From positions 696-64,695 of the forward strand of contig WJMG01000027.1 of the NCBI GenBank assembly GCA_014728075.1: a stretch of 64,000 bases of DNA, written 5' to 3'. Source of the DNA: Candidatus Omnitrophota bacterium (GTDB taxonomy: Bacteria; Omnitrophota; Gorgyraeia; Tantalellales; Tantalellaceae). The notes under the pieces were generated by a model. It was not told the origin of the DNA and did not search any database. It saw only the letters and a program-made list of their open reading frames with translations. The position numbers and the translations under genes are program-made. Shown here in pieces: positions 1 to 8,983 of this stretch (positions are counted from its first letter, which is position 1; each line of letters begins with the position of its first letter).

Positions 1-572
1 TTGGTTATTGCCGCGCATGTAGGGGAAGCTATCGCTCCCAGGCCGTCTATCTCCCCAGGGTGGTTTGTGCCCATCTCAACGACCGCGGCCTCGTATTCAC
101 GCGAAAGCTCGAACAAGGTAAGGCTGAGGCCGATAATATTGTTATAAGAATCCCTGCTCTTAAGGACCTTGAACTCACCGGAAATGCAAGCGGCGGCCAT
201 ATCCTTTACCGTAGTCTTGCCGTTGGTCCCGGTAACGGCAAGAACGGGTATATCGGCCATTGACCTGAATCTCGCCGCAATGTCCGCCATGGCTTTGAGC
301 GTGTCACCTACCCGCAGCACGGGAACGCCGAGCCCGGCGGGGTTGCCGGAGCTTTCGCAGTCAACGATCACGGCAGCACATCCGCGCCCCGCGGCCTCGG
401 AAAGAAAATCATGGCCGTTGAAATTTTTCCCCTTTACGGCTAAAAAGACCTCTCCCTCGCGAAGCGTGCGGGTATCTATCGAAATACCTTTTACCGGCCC
501 GTTTACTTCTCCGGAAAAGATGGAAGCTCCCGTTATCGATACTATGTCTTTAAGTCGGATATTCTTATACAT
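1..572 (-). CDS. murF: UDP-N-acetylmuramoyl-tripeptide--D-alanyl-D-alanine ligase MurF, N-terminal ~190 aa; gene continues past window start
   Basis: My own reverse-complement translation from the ATG at 572 gives MYKNIRLKDIVSITG...AVTGTNGKTT...GTNHPGEI, i.e. the Mur-ligase P-loop and MurF-type motifs. The start overlaps the murE stop, and the position after murE fits the canonical dcw order. Confidence 0.75.
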   Translation of the reverse strand, partial: MYKNIRLKDIVSITGASIFSGEVNGPVKGISIDTRTLREGEVFLAVKGKNFNGHDFLSEAAGRGCAAVIVDCESSGNPAGLGVPVLRVGDTLKAMADIAARFRSMADIPVLAVTGTNGKTTVKDMAAACISGEFKVLKSRDSYNNIIGLSLTLFELSREYEAAVVEMGTNHPGEIDGLGAIASPTCAAIT

Positions 573-2021
573 TCAGAGACAACCAAGTCCTTTGAGGGCC
601 GTCCGGACCTCTTCCCTGTCGTCAAACCGCACCTTAACCTCGCCGCGGATCTGATAATCCTCATGTCCTTTTCCCGCTATCAGTATTACATCACCTTCAC
701 CGGCGGACCGCAAAGCTTGAGAGATGGCCTCTCTCCTGTCCGGCGTGACGGAATATGTATCCGCCGACATACCCTTTTCAATGTCGTTTATGATACGGCC
801 GGGGTCTTCGGTCCTCGGGTTATCATTGGTAATAATGACCATATCGCAGAGGTCGGACGCTACCCTTCCCATTACAGGCCTTTTGCTGCGGTCCCTGTCC
901 CCTCCGCAACCGAAAACACAAATAAGCTTATTTTTCACCAGAGGCTTTAGCGCGCAAAGCGCGTTAGCGAGAGCGTCGGCTGTATGCGCGTAATCCACGA
1001 AAACCCTGAAAGGCAATTCGCTGTTCCCGACGGCTTCAAGCCGTCCGGGAGCCGCTCCGGCCTTTTCAAGACCCGAAGATACCTCATCGAAACCGTACCC
1101 CGTACACATAAGGGCGGCCGCGGCTCCCAAAAGATTATAAACATTATGCCGCCCTATCAAACCGGACCTGACCCTGGACCTGGCCCTTCCTCGCCAGACG
1201 AGATCGAACTCGTTACCGTACGCGGAGGCCCTCAGGTTCTCTGCCCTCATATCCGCGGGCTCTTCCATGGCGAAAGTAACGGTCGCCGGCCCCGTTCTCG
1301 CGATGAGCGTCCGAACCTTCGGGTCGTCGGCGTTGAGCACCGCGGTACCGCCGGGTTTAAGCTGTTCGAAAATAAGGGATTTGTCCCTGAAATAAGAATC
1401 CATATCCCCGTGATAATCCAGATGCTCCGGGGTTATGTTAGTGAAAACGGCGCAATCAAGGCCGATACCCCATACCCGTTTTTGAGAAAGCGCGTGGCTC
1501 GATATCTCTATGACAGCATCGGTCAAACCGTTAGAGACCATCTCGGACAGCAGGGAATACACCTTAAAAGCGTCGGGTGTGGTCATCACCGAGGGTTTCA
1601 GTTTATCCCTGCCCGTTTTGGAATGAACGGTGCTTACAAAACCCGTTTCCCGGTTCAAAAGTTCAAGCACGCTCTCCAGTATAAATACTGTACTGGTCTT
1701 ACCGTTCGTCCCGGTCACACCGTATGTCCTGAGCCGTGAAGAGGGGTCCCCGTGAAAGGCCGAAGCGAGTTCCGCCGCGGTTTCCCGGGTGTCCCGGACG
1801 ACCGTAAGGCTGCTCCGTAAAGCGTCCGGGAATCCGGGAGGGCACTGTTCGCATATTACCGCTCGCGCTCCTTTTCCCAGGGCTTCGGCGATATGGTCAT
1901 GCCCGTCACGCTTTACACCCCTCAGGGCGATGAACACATCACCTTTTGATATCCTGCGGGAATCTGTCTTAAGCGTCTCTATAGAAGGTATTTCCAGCCC
2001 TGCGTATGAAATCATGGTCAA
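573..2021 (-). CDS. murE: UDP-N-acetylmuramoyl-L-alanyl-D-glutamate--2,6-diaminopimelate ligase
   Basis: 482-aa ORF with a Mur ligase P-loop (GVTGTNGKTST) and the MurE C-terminal DNPR motif (NDNPRTEDP). It lies between ftsI and murF. Confidence 0.9.
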   Translation of the reverse strand: MTMISYAGLEIPSIETLKTDSRRISKGDVFIALRGVKRDGHDHIAEALGKGARAVICEQCPPGFPDALRSSLTVVRDTRETAAELASAFHGDPSSRLRTYGVTGTNGKTSTVFILESVLELLNRETGFVSTVHSKTGRDKLKPSVMTTPDAFKVYSLLSEMVSNGLTDAVIEISSHALSQKRVWGIGLDCAVFTNITPEHLDYHGDMDSYFRDKSLIFEQLKPGGTAVLNADDPKVRTLIARTGPATVTFAMEEPADMRAENLRASAYGNEFDLVWRGRARSRVRSGLIGRHNVYNLLGAAAALMCTGYGFDEVSSGLEKAGAAPGRLEAVGNSELPFRVFVDYAHTADALANALCALKPLVKNKLICVFGCGGDRDRSKRPVMGRVASDLCDMVIITNDNPRTEDPGRIINDIEKGMSADTYSVTPDRREAISQALRSAGEGDVILIAGKGHEDYQIRGEVKVRFDDREEVRTALKGLGCL

Positions 2022-2106
2022 TATATCTTCAAGTCATTCTGAAATAAAGGCCGTTAAGAACGGCCTTTGATGTATATTATAGCAGAAATGTTATAATAAT
2101 TATTAT

Positions 2107-3813
2107 TTATCTTCCCGTCAAGCCGATTTCCGCGTCCACATCCGGTTGCCTGTTCGACTCCAGATACTGGACCGACCGTTCCGCGATCTTCCGGAAAGCC
2201 GGCCCCGCCACGCTGCCGCCGAAATATACGGGATGGGGGTCTTTTGCCGAGACTACTATAACGACCTCGGGATCTTCCTTGGGGGCGAACCCGATGAAAG
2301 TGGCGTAATACTTGTCCGGATAGTATCCGCCTTTCGGATCGACCATCTGCGCCGTACCGGTCTTGCCGCAGGTTTCATATAGCCGGGAATCCGCCCTCCT
2401 GCCCGTACCTTCTTTAACTACGGCCCTGAGCATGTCTTTCATTTTACTGCATGTCTCCTCACTAAGCACTTCCCTTACGACCGAGGGCCCGAAACTCCTG
2501 TGGACATTCCCGTCGAGGGTTATTATGCGGTCGACTATATAAGGACGCATGAGCCTCCCTCCGTTGGCGATAACGCTGAGGGCCGAAGCCATCTGAAGCG
2601 GCGTCACCGCTATGCCCTGCCCTATGGGTATCGTCGTTATATCGCTCCGGGACCAGGTACGCGGGTGCCTGTTTATGCCGGCAACCTCACCGGGCAGGTC
2701 TATACCCGTTTCCTCGCCGAAACCGAAAAGATCTATATAATCGTACAACCGTTCTTCCCCGAGCTTCATCGCGGCCTTTACGGTCCCGATATTGCTCGAA
2801 TTTACGATAACTTCCCGAAAGCTCAGGTCGCCGTACGCGTGATAGTCGTGAAGGACACGGCCGGCGACATTCCACTCCCCGTTCTCACAGTCGAACACCT
2901 CATCCATTGTTACCGTGCCTTCGTTAAGAACGGCACCGGCCGTTACGACCTTGAACACGCTTCCGGGCTCGAAAATACTGCTCAGACAGCTGTTCTTCAT
3001 CACTTCCTTAGGGGTAACGGAATAATCGTCAAGATCGTAATCGGGATATGAGGCCATGGCGAGTATGCGCCCCGAATAAGGTTCCATAACCACCGCGCAG
3101 GCGCCGGACGCATTATGCTTTTCGGCCATATTTTTCAGTTCCTGTTCGGTTATGTACTGTATGACGCTGTCTATGGTCAGCACCAGGTTAAGACCGTTCT
3201 TGGGTGGAACCGATTCTTCCCTGTCGTAAAGGACCGTCCTGCGCCTCGCGTCCCGGACAAGGTGACGCCATCCCGGTTCGCCCTTCAGCTCCCTGTCGTA
3301 AAAGAGCTCCAGCCCCTCAAGCCCTTTGTTATCGATATTCACGAATCCCAGGACATGTGAAGCCAGTCCGTCGCTGGAGTAATTCCTTTTGCTTTCGTCG
3401 GTAAAAAAAACCCCCTTGATGGCTTCTTTTTCCAGCGCTTCCGCTTCTTTTCTCGAGATCTTGCGCTTTATCCAGACAAAAGCGTTCTTTCTGTTCAGTT
3501 TTTCGACCAGGTCTTGCCTGTCCAGCGCAAGGATATCAGCCAGTTTACGGGCAGCCTCCTCTTTATCTTTAACGAAACGGGGATCGGAGTATACACTGGG
3601 CACTTCCAGGTTTATGGCCAAAGGTTCCAGGAACCGGTCGAAGATCGTACCCCTTCTTGGTTCGATCTTCAGGACACGGTTATGCTGATTGGCGGCCATA
3701 TCCGAAAATCTCTCGAAAGAGACGACCTGCAGGAAGAAAAGACGGCTGAGCAGACATAAAAAAAGAAAAATAAAGAAAAAAAAGATAAGATACTGGCGGT
3801 TTCTGAACATCAA
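2107..3813 (-). CDS. ftsI: Penicillin-binding protein 3 / FtsI transpeptidase
   Basis: 568 aa with an N-terminal TM helix. It has the SxxK (SVFK), SxN (SSN) and KTG (CGKTGTAQ) transpeptidase motifs and lies in the dcw cluster. Confidence 0.9.
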   Translation of the reverse strand: MMFRNRQYLIFFFFIFLFLCLLSRLFFLQVVSFERFSDMAANQHNRVLKIEPRRGTIFDRFLEPLAINLEVPSVYSDPRFVKDKEEAARKLADILALDRQDLVEKLNRKNAFVWIKRKISRKEAEALEKEAIKGVFFTDESKRNYSSDGLASHVLGFVNIDNKGLEGLELFYDRELKGEPGWRHLVRDARRRTVLYDREESVPPKNGLNLVLTIDSVIQYITEQELKNMAEKHNASGACAVVMEPYSGRILAMASYPDYDLDDYSVTPKEVMKNSCLSSIFEPGSVFKVVTAGAVLNEGTVTMDEVFDCENGEWNVAGRVLHDYHAYGDLSFREVIVNSSNIGTVKAAMKLGEERLYDYIDLFGFGEETGIDLPGEVAGINRHPRTWSRSDITTIPIGQGIAVTPLQMASALSVIANGGRLMRPYIVDRIITLDGNVHRSFGPSVVREVLSEETCSKMKDMLRAVVKEGTGRRADSRLYETCGKTGTAQMVDPKGGYYPDKYYATFIGFAPKEDPEVVIVVSAKDPHPVYFGGSVAGPAFRKIAERSVQYLESNRQPDVDAEIGLTGR

Positions 3814-3831
3814 TGCCTCTTCCGGCAGCTT

Positions 3832-4194
3832 CTAGGTCCTGGGCTTAGCCTCCGCTGTCGCGGTGAACATATCCATTACCTTTTCCACAAGACCTTCCTT
3901 TGCCGCCTTGACCGGTGTCTCTTTATGGGAAAGTATGTATCCTGTCCTGGCGCGTCCGCGCTTGACCGCGAATTTAAGGCCTTCCTTCTCAAGCACGGCC
4001 AGAAGGTAACCCGGGGATTCCAATTTGGAGAGGTCATATGAAAGGTTGGAATTCTGGTCTATCAGACGCGTCAGATGTCTGCGGTTCTCCTGCAATTCGT
4101 ATGAAGTTTTAAGTATCTCAACCCGCTGGTGGACATAAGCTGCGCATATCAGTGAAACGAACAGACTTATCGCCAGAATTCGATATAGTTTCAT
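3832..4194 (-). CDS. Cell division protein FtsL-like (small bitopic membrane protein)
   Basis: 120 aa with an N-terminal TM helix (ILAISLFVSLICAAYV) and a coiled-coil region, in the conserved position between rsmH and ftsI. Confidence 0.55.
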   Translation of the reverse strand: MKLYRILAISLFVSLICAAYVHQRVEILKTSYELQENRRHLTRLIDQNSNLSYDLSKLESPGYLLAVLEKEGLKFAVKRGRARTGYILSHKETPVKAAKEGLVEKVMDMFTATAEAKPRT

Positions 4195-5075
4195 TATAAC
4201 CTCTTCGCTGCCCTTAATTTCGAGCTTCTGGAACGCGGGTTTTCCCGGACCTCTTTCCGTCCGGGGACAACAGGTTTTTTAGTTAAAAGCTCCACTTTCC
4301 CGTCCCTGGCGGCATTCCTGAAAATATTTTTTGCTATTCTGTCCTCAAGAGAATGAAAAGATATAACGCATATTCTGCCCCCGGGCCTCAACCGGTCCGT
4401 TGCTCCCGAAAGCCCTTCTTCAACGGCATCCAGCTCATCGTTCACATAGATCCTCAGGGCCTGGAAAGTGCGTGCCGCGGGATGCAGTTTCTGCCTGGCG
4501 TATTTCCTGCCCAGAGCTTTCTCGATCACCTCACTTAGTTCTGCCGTGGAAGATATTCTTTCTTTCCTCCTGGCTTCCACGATACTTTTGGCCGCCAGTC
4601 CCGCGTGCCGTTCTTCACCGTATTCTCTTATTATCTCTTCAAGCTTCCAGCGTGAAAATGTGTTAACAGCTTCTTCCGCGCTTATGCCTCTCTCCGCGTC
4701 AAAACGCATATCAAGCGGCCCTTCCCGCAGAAAACTGAAACCCCTTGAAGGATCGTCAACCTGGTAGGATGACATACCGAGATCGAACAGCGCGCCGTCC
4801 AGCCTTTGTTCGCCGGCCTCCTCGAGTATACCTTTAATATCACGGAAATTCCTGTTCACGAAAACAACTGAATTTCCGCATGACCCCAGAGAAGACCTCA
4901 CCCTGTCGACCGCTTCGGGATCGGCGTCGACCGCTATGAGCTTCCCTCCCGGCATGATCCTCTTGAATATTTCCCCTGAATGCCCTCCTCCCCCGCATGT
5001 CCCATCCAGGATAACATCTCCCGGGGAAGGGGAAAGAAATTCCATGACTTCGTCTAGCATTACCGGAAGGTGCAA
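4194..5075 (-). CDS. rsmH: 16S rRNA (cytosine1402-N4)-methyltransferase RsmH (MraW)
   Basis: 293 aa with the MHLPVMLDEV...DGTCGGGGHS SAM-binding motif, in the dcw position after mraZ. Confidence 0.9.
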   Translation of the reverse strand: MHLPVMLDEVMEFLSPSPGDVILDGTCGGGGHSGEIFKRIMPGGKLIAVDADPEAVDRVRSSLGSCGNSVVFVNRNFRDIKGILEEAGEQRLDGALFDLGMSSYQVDDPSRGFSFLREGPLDMRFDAERGISAEEAVNTFSRWKLEEIIREYGEERHAGLAAKSIVEARRKERISSTAELSEVIEKALGRKYARQKLHPAARTFQALRIYVNDELDAVEEGLSGATDRLRPGGRICVISFHSLEDRIAKNIFRNAARDGKVELLTKKPVVPGRKEVRENPRSRSSKLRAAKRL

Positions 5076-5079
5076 TTCT

Positions 5080-5334
5080 TTAGGCCTTATTTTTGTCCCC
5101 GCGCATGAGTTTTGAAAGAGCCGATACCTGTTTCTTGTAAAGCGTACTGTAAGCGCTCCTTATATCGTTCTCATCGGGAGCGGACGCTCTCATCTGCCCG
5201 TGGCCGCCGGTGGTCCTCATCGTCCCGTAAATGGATCCGCCCATCTCACAGGCCTGAATGTGTTTTCTTTCCTTATGTTTTTTGGCATCTTCCGGCGGGG
5301 CTCCGAAATTACATCCATGTGAATATTTTTTCAT
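5080..5334 (-). CDS. Hypothetical small basic protein (84 aa) inserted between mraZ and rsmH
   Basis: ATG at 5334 is preceded by a GGAGGT Shine-Dalgarno with 5-nt spacing, and the stop lies 4 nt before the rsmH start. Sequence is MKKYSHGCNFGAPPEDAKKHKERKH...; I recognise no family. Confidence 0.4.
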   Translation of the reverse strand: MKKYSHGCNFGAPPEDAKKHKERKHIQACEMGGSIYGTMRTTGGHGQMRASAPDENDIRSAYSTLYKKQVSALSKLMRGDKNKA

Positions 5335-5384
5335 GTTTACCTCCGTTGCTGCTGCATACGCCAAAACCCCGCAGCCTTTTAAGA

Positions 5385-5576
5385 TCAGGAACAATCCTTG
5401 ATCGTCAAATATGTCTTTTTGCCGAGTCCCGAGGAAGAGACCACATACTGTTTCTCTCCGAGGTGGTCCATTCCTGAATGTAACGCCCTGGCCCTTTTAA
5501 CCCTTTCGACCATATTGACGCAATTAACGAACTCTACCTGCTTCTTGTGAAATTTTACGGCTATCTTTCTATACAT
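5385..5576 (-). CDS. Hypothetical small protein (63 aa) inserted between mraZ and rsmH
   Basis: Internal ATG at 5576 is preceded by GGGGGGTGG. Sequence is MYRKIAVKFHKKQVEF...; no family recognised. The ORF track's longer 74-aa version lacks an RBS. Confidence 0.35.
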   Translation of the reverse strand: MYRKIAVKFHKKQVEFVNCVNMVERVKRARALHSGMDHLGEKQYVVSSSGLGKKTYLTIKDCS

Positions 5577-5605
5577 GACCACCCCCCCTGTTTCGGGAAC
5601 TAATA

Positions 5606-6043
5606 TCAAAATTCTATTATGTTCTCGGCAATATCCTCAAAATTGTCCTTCGAAGCCGCGTAGAATTCGTCCCATTTTTCTTTGGACCATATCTCTATAC
5701 GGTTCGAGACCCCTATTATCACTATCTCTTTTTTCAGACCCGCGTAATCTTTAAGGTAATCGGGAACGAGCACCCGCCACTGTTTATCCGGCTCTACTTT
5801 TACAGCCCCTGAAAAAAAGAGCCTGTTGAACTTCCTGGAATCTTTTTTGGTAAAAGGCATCGACTTGAACTTGTTCTCCTGCTGTTTCCATTCGGCCTCC
5901 GTGAACATGAAAAGGCATTGGTCAAGTCCGCGGGTCACCGTAAAGCGCTCTATACCCAGCTCCCGTATCGTATCCCGGAACTTTGAGGGGATTATTACAC
6001 GGTTCTTTTTATCGATAGAATGTATGTACTCTCCGTAAAACAT
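5606..6043 (-). CDS. mraZ: Transcriptional regulator MraZ
   Basis: 145 aa, starting [23 protein letters not shown] with a duplicated DxxxR-type MraZ/AbrB-like fold signature. It is the first gene of the dcw cluster, and MraZ boxes lie in its leader. Confidence 0.9.
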   Translation of the reverse strand: MFYGEYIHSIDKKNRVIIPSKFRDTIRELGIERFTVTRGLDQCLFMFTEAEWKQQENKFKSMPFTKKDSRKFNRLFFSGAVKVEPDKQWRVLVPDYLKDYAGLKKEIVIIGVSNRIEIWSKEKWDEFYAASKDNFEDIAENIIEF

Positions 6044-6067
6044 CCTGTGCTTCGCCTTTTATTTTTC

Positions 6068-6093
6068 TCCACTTTCCTCCACTTTGCTCCACA
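6068..6093 (-). promoter_or_regulatory. Putative MraZ operator: three direct GTGGAG repeats at exact 10-bp phasing in the mraZ leader
   Basis: Plus strand has CTCCAC at 6068, 6078 and 6088, which reads GTGGAG-N4-GTGGAG-N4-GTGGAG on the coding strand, between the predicted TSS and the mraZ ATG. This matches the known MraZ box architecture (GTGG[GT] direct repeats with a 10-bp period). Confidence 0.6.
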
Positions 6094-6104
6094 TTACACT
6101 TAAA

Positions 6105-6133
6105 AGTATACACTTATAGTGCGGCATTGTCAA
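6105..6133 (-). promoter_or_regulatory. sigma70-type promoter of the dcw operon (Pmra)
   Basis: On the coding strand, TTGACA is followed by a 17-nt spacer and TATACT, i.e. a consensus -35 with a near-consensus -10. It sits about 60 nt upstream of the mraZ ATG. Confidence 0.6.
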
Positions 6134-6152
6134 CAAATATATAGGAAAATTA

Positions 6153-6216
6153 CAGGTGTCGGGTATCAGGTTTCGCGTAACTTGTCCTTTCCCTGACACC
6201 TGATACCCGAGACCTG
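6153..6216. repeat. 19-bp inverted repeat (caggtgtcgggtatcaggt / acctgatacccgagacctg) with 26-bp spacer
   Basis: Near-perfect inverted repeat with one mismatch, seen directly in the sequence. It lies immediately upstream of the mraZ -35 and downstream of the PilZ-gene terminator. Confidence 0.5.
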
Positions 6217-6223
6217 ATCCATA

Positions 6224-6258
6224 CAAAAAAAACCCGGGACAAAATCCCGGGTTTTTGG
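6224..6258 (-). terminator. Rho-independent terminator (bidirectional hairpin) after the PilZ gene
   Basis: An A-run is followed by CCCGGG, a 7-nt loop, CCCGGG and a T-run. Confidence 0.65.
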
Positions 6259-6281
6259 GTATATACTCTTATATTTAGGTT

Positions 6282-6743
6282 CTACCAGTAGAGCTTTTCG
6301 AAGCGTTCCGAATAACGCTTTATCCATTCTCTAGAAGCGTCCTGGAGAGTCATTTCCCTGCCCAGTTGAAGAGACCGGAGAACGCGGTACTCTTCTATAA
6401 GGTATATTTGTTCGATGAGCTTGACCTTGAAAGCATCGGAATAGGTCACAAAAGCCACTCCGACATTATACAGGCCCGTGGCATCATCTTTCTCAACATG
6501 CATTACCTTAGACCTGATCTTGAAGATCTTATTATACAAAGGCATCTGGAGGTTTATCAGGGAACCGACGGGGACATCCCTGGCAGACCTGAACATAAGC
6601 CCGCCTTCGGAGACATTCACCGTATTTGTCTTCTCGAAATCTGTCTCATCCGCTATCTGGAATTCAAGAGGACTTACCAGAAGATGGCGTAAGAATTTTC
6701 GTTTTTCCTGGCCCTTTCCGTTCATTTCAGCCGGCATGTTCAC
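6282..6743 (-). CDS. PilZ domain protein (c-di-GMP receptor)
   Basis: 153 aa with an RxxxR motif (RKFLRH) and a D/NxSxGG motif (NVSEGG), both typical of PilZ. Confidence 0.7.
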   Translation of the reverse strand: MNMPAEMNGKGQEKRKFLRHLLVSPLEFQIADETDFEKTNTVNVSEGGLMFRSARDVPVGSLINLQMPLYNKIFKIRSKVMHVEKDDATGLYNVGVAFVTYSDAFKVKLIEQIYLIEEYRVLRSLQLGREMTLQDASREWIKRYSERFEKLYW

Positions 6744-6826
6744 CTAACCTTCCTTGTCGTACATAGCGCGCTACCGCCGAAAAGGTTCTTCAGAGGATAA
6801 CTGTTCTCTCGGGTATCGGCGCTTAG

Positions 6827-7060
6827 TTAAAGCATATTGCTCTCTGAAAGCTCTTTTTCAAGCTTCTGAACGGCTTCTTTTAACTTGGAAAAGAGTTTAA
6901 CATTGATATTGATACCCTTTCCCGTGGGAACCTTCTCGTCGCCCTGCGGCGGCTGGGTCCAGATCCGGATATCAATAACATCATTGCCCTGGAATTCAGA
7001 GATACGCACCTTTACATCCTGATATTTGTTTTTCTCGAATACGTATACATCTTTTTCCAT
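6827..7060 (-). CDS. PC4/YdbC-like ssDNA-binding transcriptional coactivator family protein
   Basis: 77 aa; the IDIRIW...GKGI pattern resembles the bacterial PC4-like (PF02229) fold. Assigned from memory only. Confidence 0.45.
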   Translation of the reverse strand: MEKDVYVFEKNKYQDVKVRISEFQGNDVIDIRIWTQPPQGDEKVPTGKGININVKLFSKLKEAVQKLEKELSESNML

Positions 7061-7204
7061 CGGAACCTCCTTTATATGCCTTATGCTCCAGGAGTTTTAT
7101 TATAACTATATTATAATAGTATTATATACTTAATATTATACGAAAATCACGCAAAATGCAAAAAAATAGAATTATTTTTTCCACGCCCGCGGGGATAGAC
7201 CCGT

Positions 7205-7309
7205 CTAGTCGATCTCTTTTTTCGAAAATATCTTCTTGAAACAGAAAACGACAAGAGCCAGTATCAGTGTCCACGAAACCGTAATGAATACCCACCCCAT
7301 TATGCTCAT
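7205..7309 (-). CDS. 34-aa single-TM micro-protein translationally coupled to the NSS transporter (MetS-like accessory subunit)
   Basis: Its ATG overlaps the transporter TGA stop in an ATGA arrangement. The sequence MSIMGWVFITVSWTLILALVVFCFKKIFSKKEID is one hydrophobic helix plus a basic tail. Confidence 0.45.
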   Translation of the reverse strand: MSIMGWVFITVSWTLILALVVFCFKKIFSKKEID

Positions 7310-8868
7310 AACGGCTTTCCTTTCACTTTTCTTTTCTTCCAGGCAATTTTTACCAGCACCGCGAGAACGAGGAAAATTATCCAAAGCCCGGTTCTCGTAG
7401 CTATGATATGGTTCCTGTCGGCCTCGGGAACATTCTCCATGCAGATTATAGGCAGCCATTCCTGAAAGAACCACGCCGCCAGCACCGCCATCAGAAAAAG
7501 CGGTGTAATATATTTAATGATATACTTGTAAATGACCGGTATTTTCATGTCAGCCCCGTGATGTGTCTCTTCCCAGGCCTTGTTAATGCCGAAAACCCAG
7601 CCGAAAAGTATGACCTCGACCGTAGCGAACAACACCAGGCAGAAAGTCCCTCCCCAGAAATCGAGCTCGTCAACCACACCCTTTCCGAGAAAAAAAATAG
7701 CCCCGTGGCAAAGAAAAAAAGTGACCGTGCCGAAAATGGCTACGGCCCTGGACCTGGATATGTCGAACTCGTCCTCCAGAAAAGCGATAGCCGGCTGCGA
7801 AAGGGAGACCGACGAGGTCACTCCGGCCAGAAAAAGAAGAGCGAACCAGAGAAACCCCAGGAACTCGGACCAGGGCATCCGGCTGAAGATAAGGGGCATG
7901 GTCACGAACCCCAGGTTGAAAGCTCCCGAGTCCGCCACCTGCCCGATCATCATAGGACCGAAAAAAACGAAAGCGGCGGGGATCACGAGGCTGCTCCCGA
8001 TCACTACCTCGGCCGTCTCGTTCATACTAACCGCGGTAAGCCCCGAGAGGGTCACATCATCAGCTTTTTTCAAATAACTCGCGTAAGTAAGAATAACGCC
8101 GATACCCACGCTCAAAGTGAAAAATATCTGTCCTGTAGCGGCAAGCCATACCCCGGCGTTCTTCAATTCCGAAAAATCGGGATTCCACAGATACCCCAGG
8201 CCATTGACCACATTCCATTCAGGTCTGGAAGGGTCCGGCGCCCCCAGCGAAAGGACCCTTACGGCCAGAATAATACCGAAAAAAAGAAGCGTGGGAAGAG
8301 CTACTTTACAGAACTTTTCGATCCCCCCTTTTATACCGTTCTTGAGAACGAACATATTCACGGCGAATGTCACGATGAAAAAAAGGTAGGCCGGGCGTAT
8401 ACTGGAAAAGAACTCGTTCCTCTCCAGCCCCTGAAACCCCCGTAGAAAAGACTGCATCACGGCCTGGTCCGTTATGGAAGAATACTTGCCCGTAATCGAA
8501 AAGAAGCTGTAAGCCAGTGTCCACGATTCTATATAGGTATAATAGATCATTATTACCAGCGGCCCGAAAATGCCTATGACCCCGAAATACTTTATAAACC
8601 GGTTCTTCTCCCAGAGACTGTGAAAAACACCCGGAGCGGATGAATGCTCGAACCCCCCTCCGTAACGGCCGATCGACCATTCAACCCACATAAGGGGAAT
8701 GCCCACCAGGAGAAGGGCAACAAAATACGGTATCATGAAAGCTCCCCCGCCGTTCTTGACGGCCTGCACGGGGAACCTGAGAAAATTCCCGAGGCCTACG
8801 GCCGAACCGGCCACCGCCATGATTATTCCAAGCCGTGACCCCCATGACTCTCTCATCTTTTTGCCCAT
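7306..8868 (-). CDS. Sodium:neurotransmitter symporter family (NSS/SNF) transporter
   Basis: It has the GLGNFLRFP and GGGAFMIPY NSS motifs and is polytopic. Start chosen at MGKKMRE (ATG 8868), which has an AGGAAG/GGGA RBS; the track's upstream ATG has none. Confidence 0.85.
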   Translation of the reverse strand: MGKKMRESWGSRLGIIMAVAGSAVGLGNFLRFPVQAVKNGGGAFMIPYFVALLLVGIPLMWVEWSIGRYGGGFEHSSAPGVFHSLWEKNRFIKYFGVIGIFGPLVIMIYYTYIESWTLAYSFFSITGKYSSITDQAVMQSFLRGFQGLERNEFFSSIRPAYLFFIVTFAVNMFVLKNGIKGGIEKFCKVALPTLLFFGIILAVRVLSLGAPDPSRPEWNVVNGLGYLWNPDFSELKNAGVWLAATGQIFFTLSVGIGVILTYASYLKKADDVTLSGLTAVSMNETAEVVIGSSLVIPAAFVFFGPMMIGQVADSGAFNLGFVTMPLIFSRMPWSEFLGFLWFALLFLAGVTSSVSLSQPAIAFLEDEFDISRSRAVAIFGTVTFFLCHGAIFFLGKGVVDELDFWGGTFCLVLFATVEVILFGWVFGINKAWEETHHGADMKIPVIYKYIIKYITPLFLMAVLAAWFFQEWLPIICMENVPEADRNHIIATRTGLWIIFLVLAVLVKIAWKKRKVKGKPL

Positions 8869-8983
8869 TTCCCTATCACCTGCTTCCTGCAAATTTTACA
8901 CGAAGAACGCTCCGTTCCTCCGGGTTGCCCCGCAAACTCCTTTTATTATTTATATTATATAATCAGTGGCCGTTTTTTCAACA

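Noticed and set aside
169-654. Plus-strand ORFs 60-263 and 169-654
   Set aside because: They lie antisense to the murF N-terminal coding region, which has clear Mur-ligase motifs and a start overlapping the murE stop. They are compositional artefacts of GC-rich DNA.
984-1739. 251-aa plus-strand ORF
   Set aside because: It lies entirely antisense inside murE and has no recognisable motifs.
7408-8445. 345-aa plus-strand ORF
   Set aside because: It is antisense to the NSS transporter and is a low-complexity Lys/Arg/Pro-rich translation.
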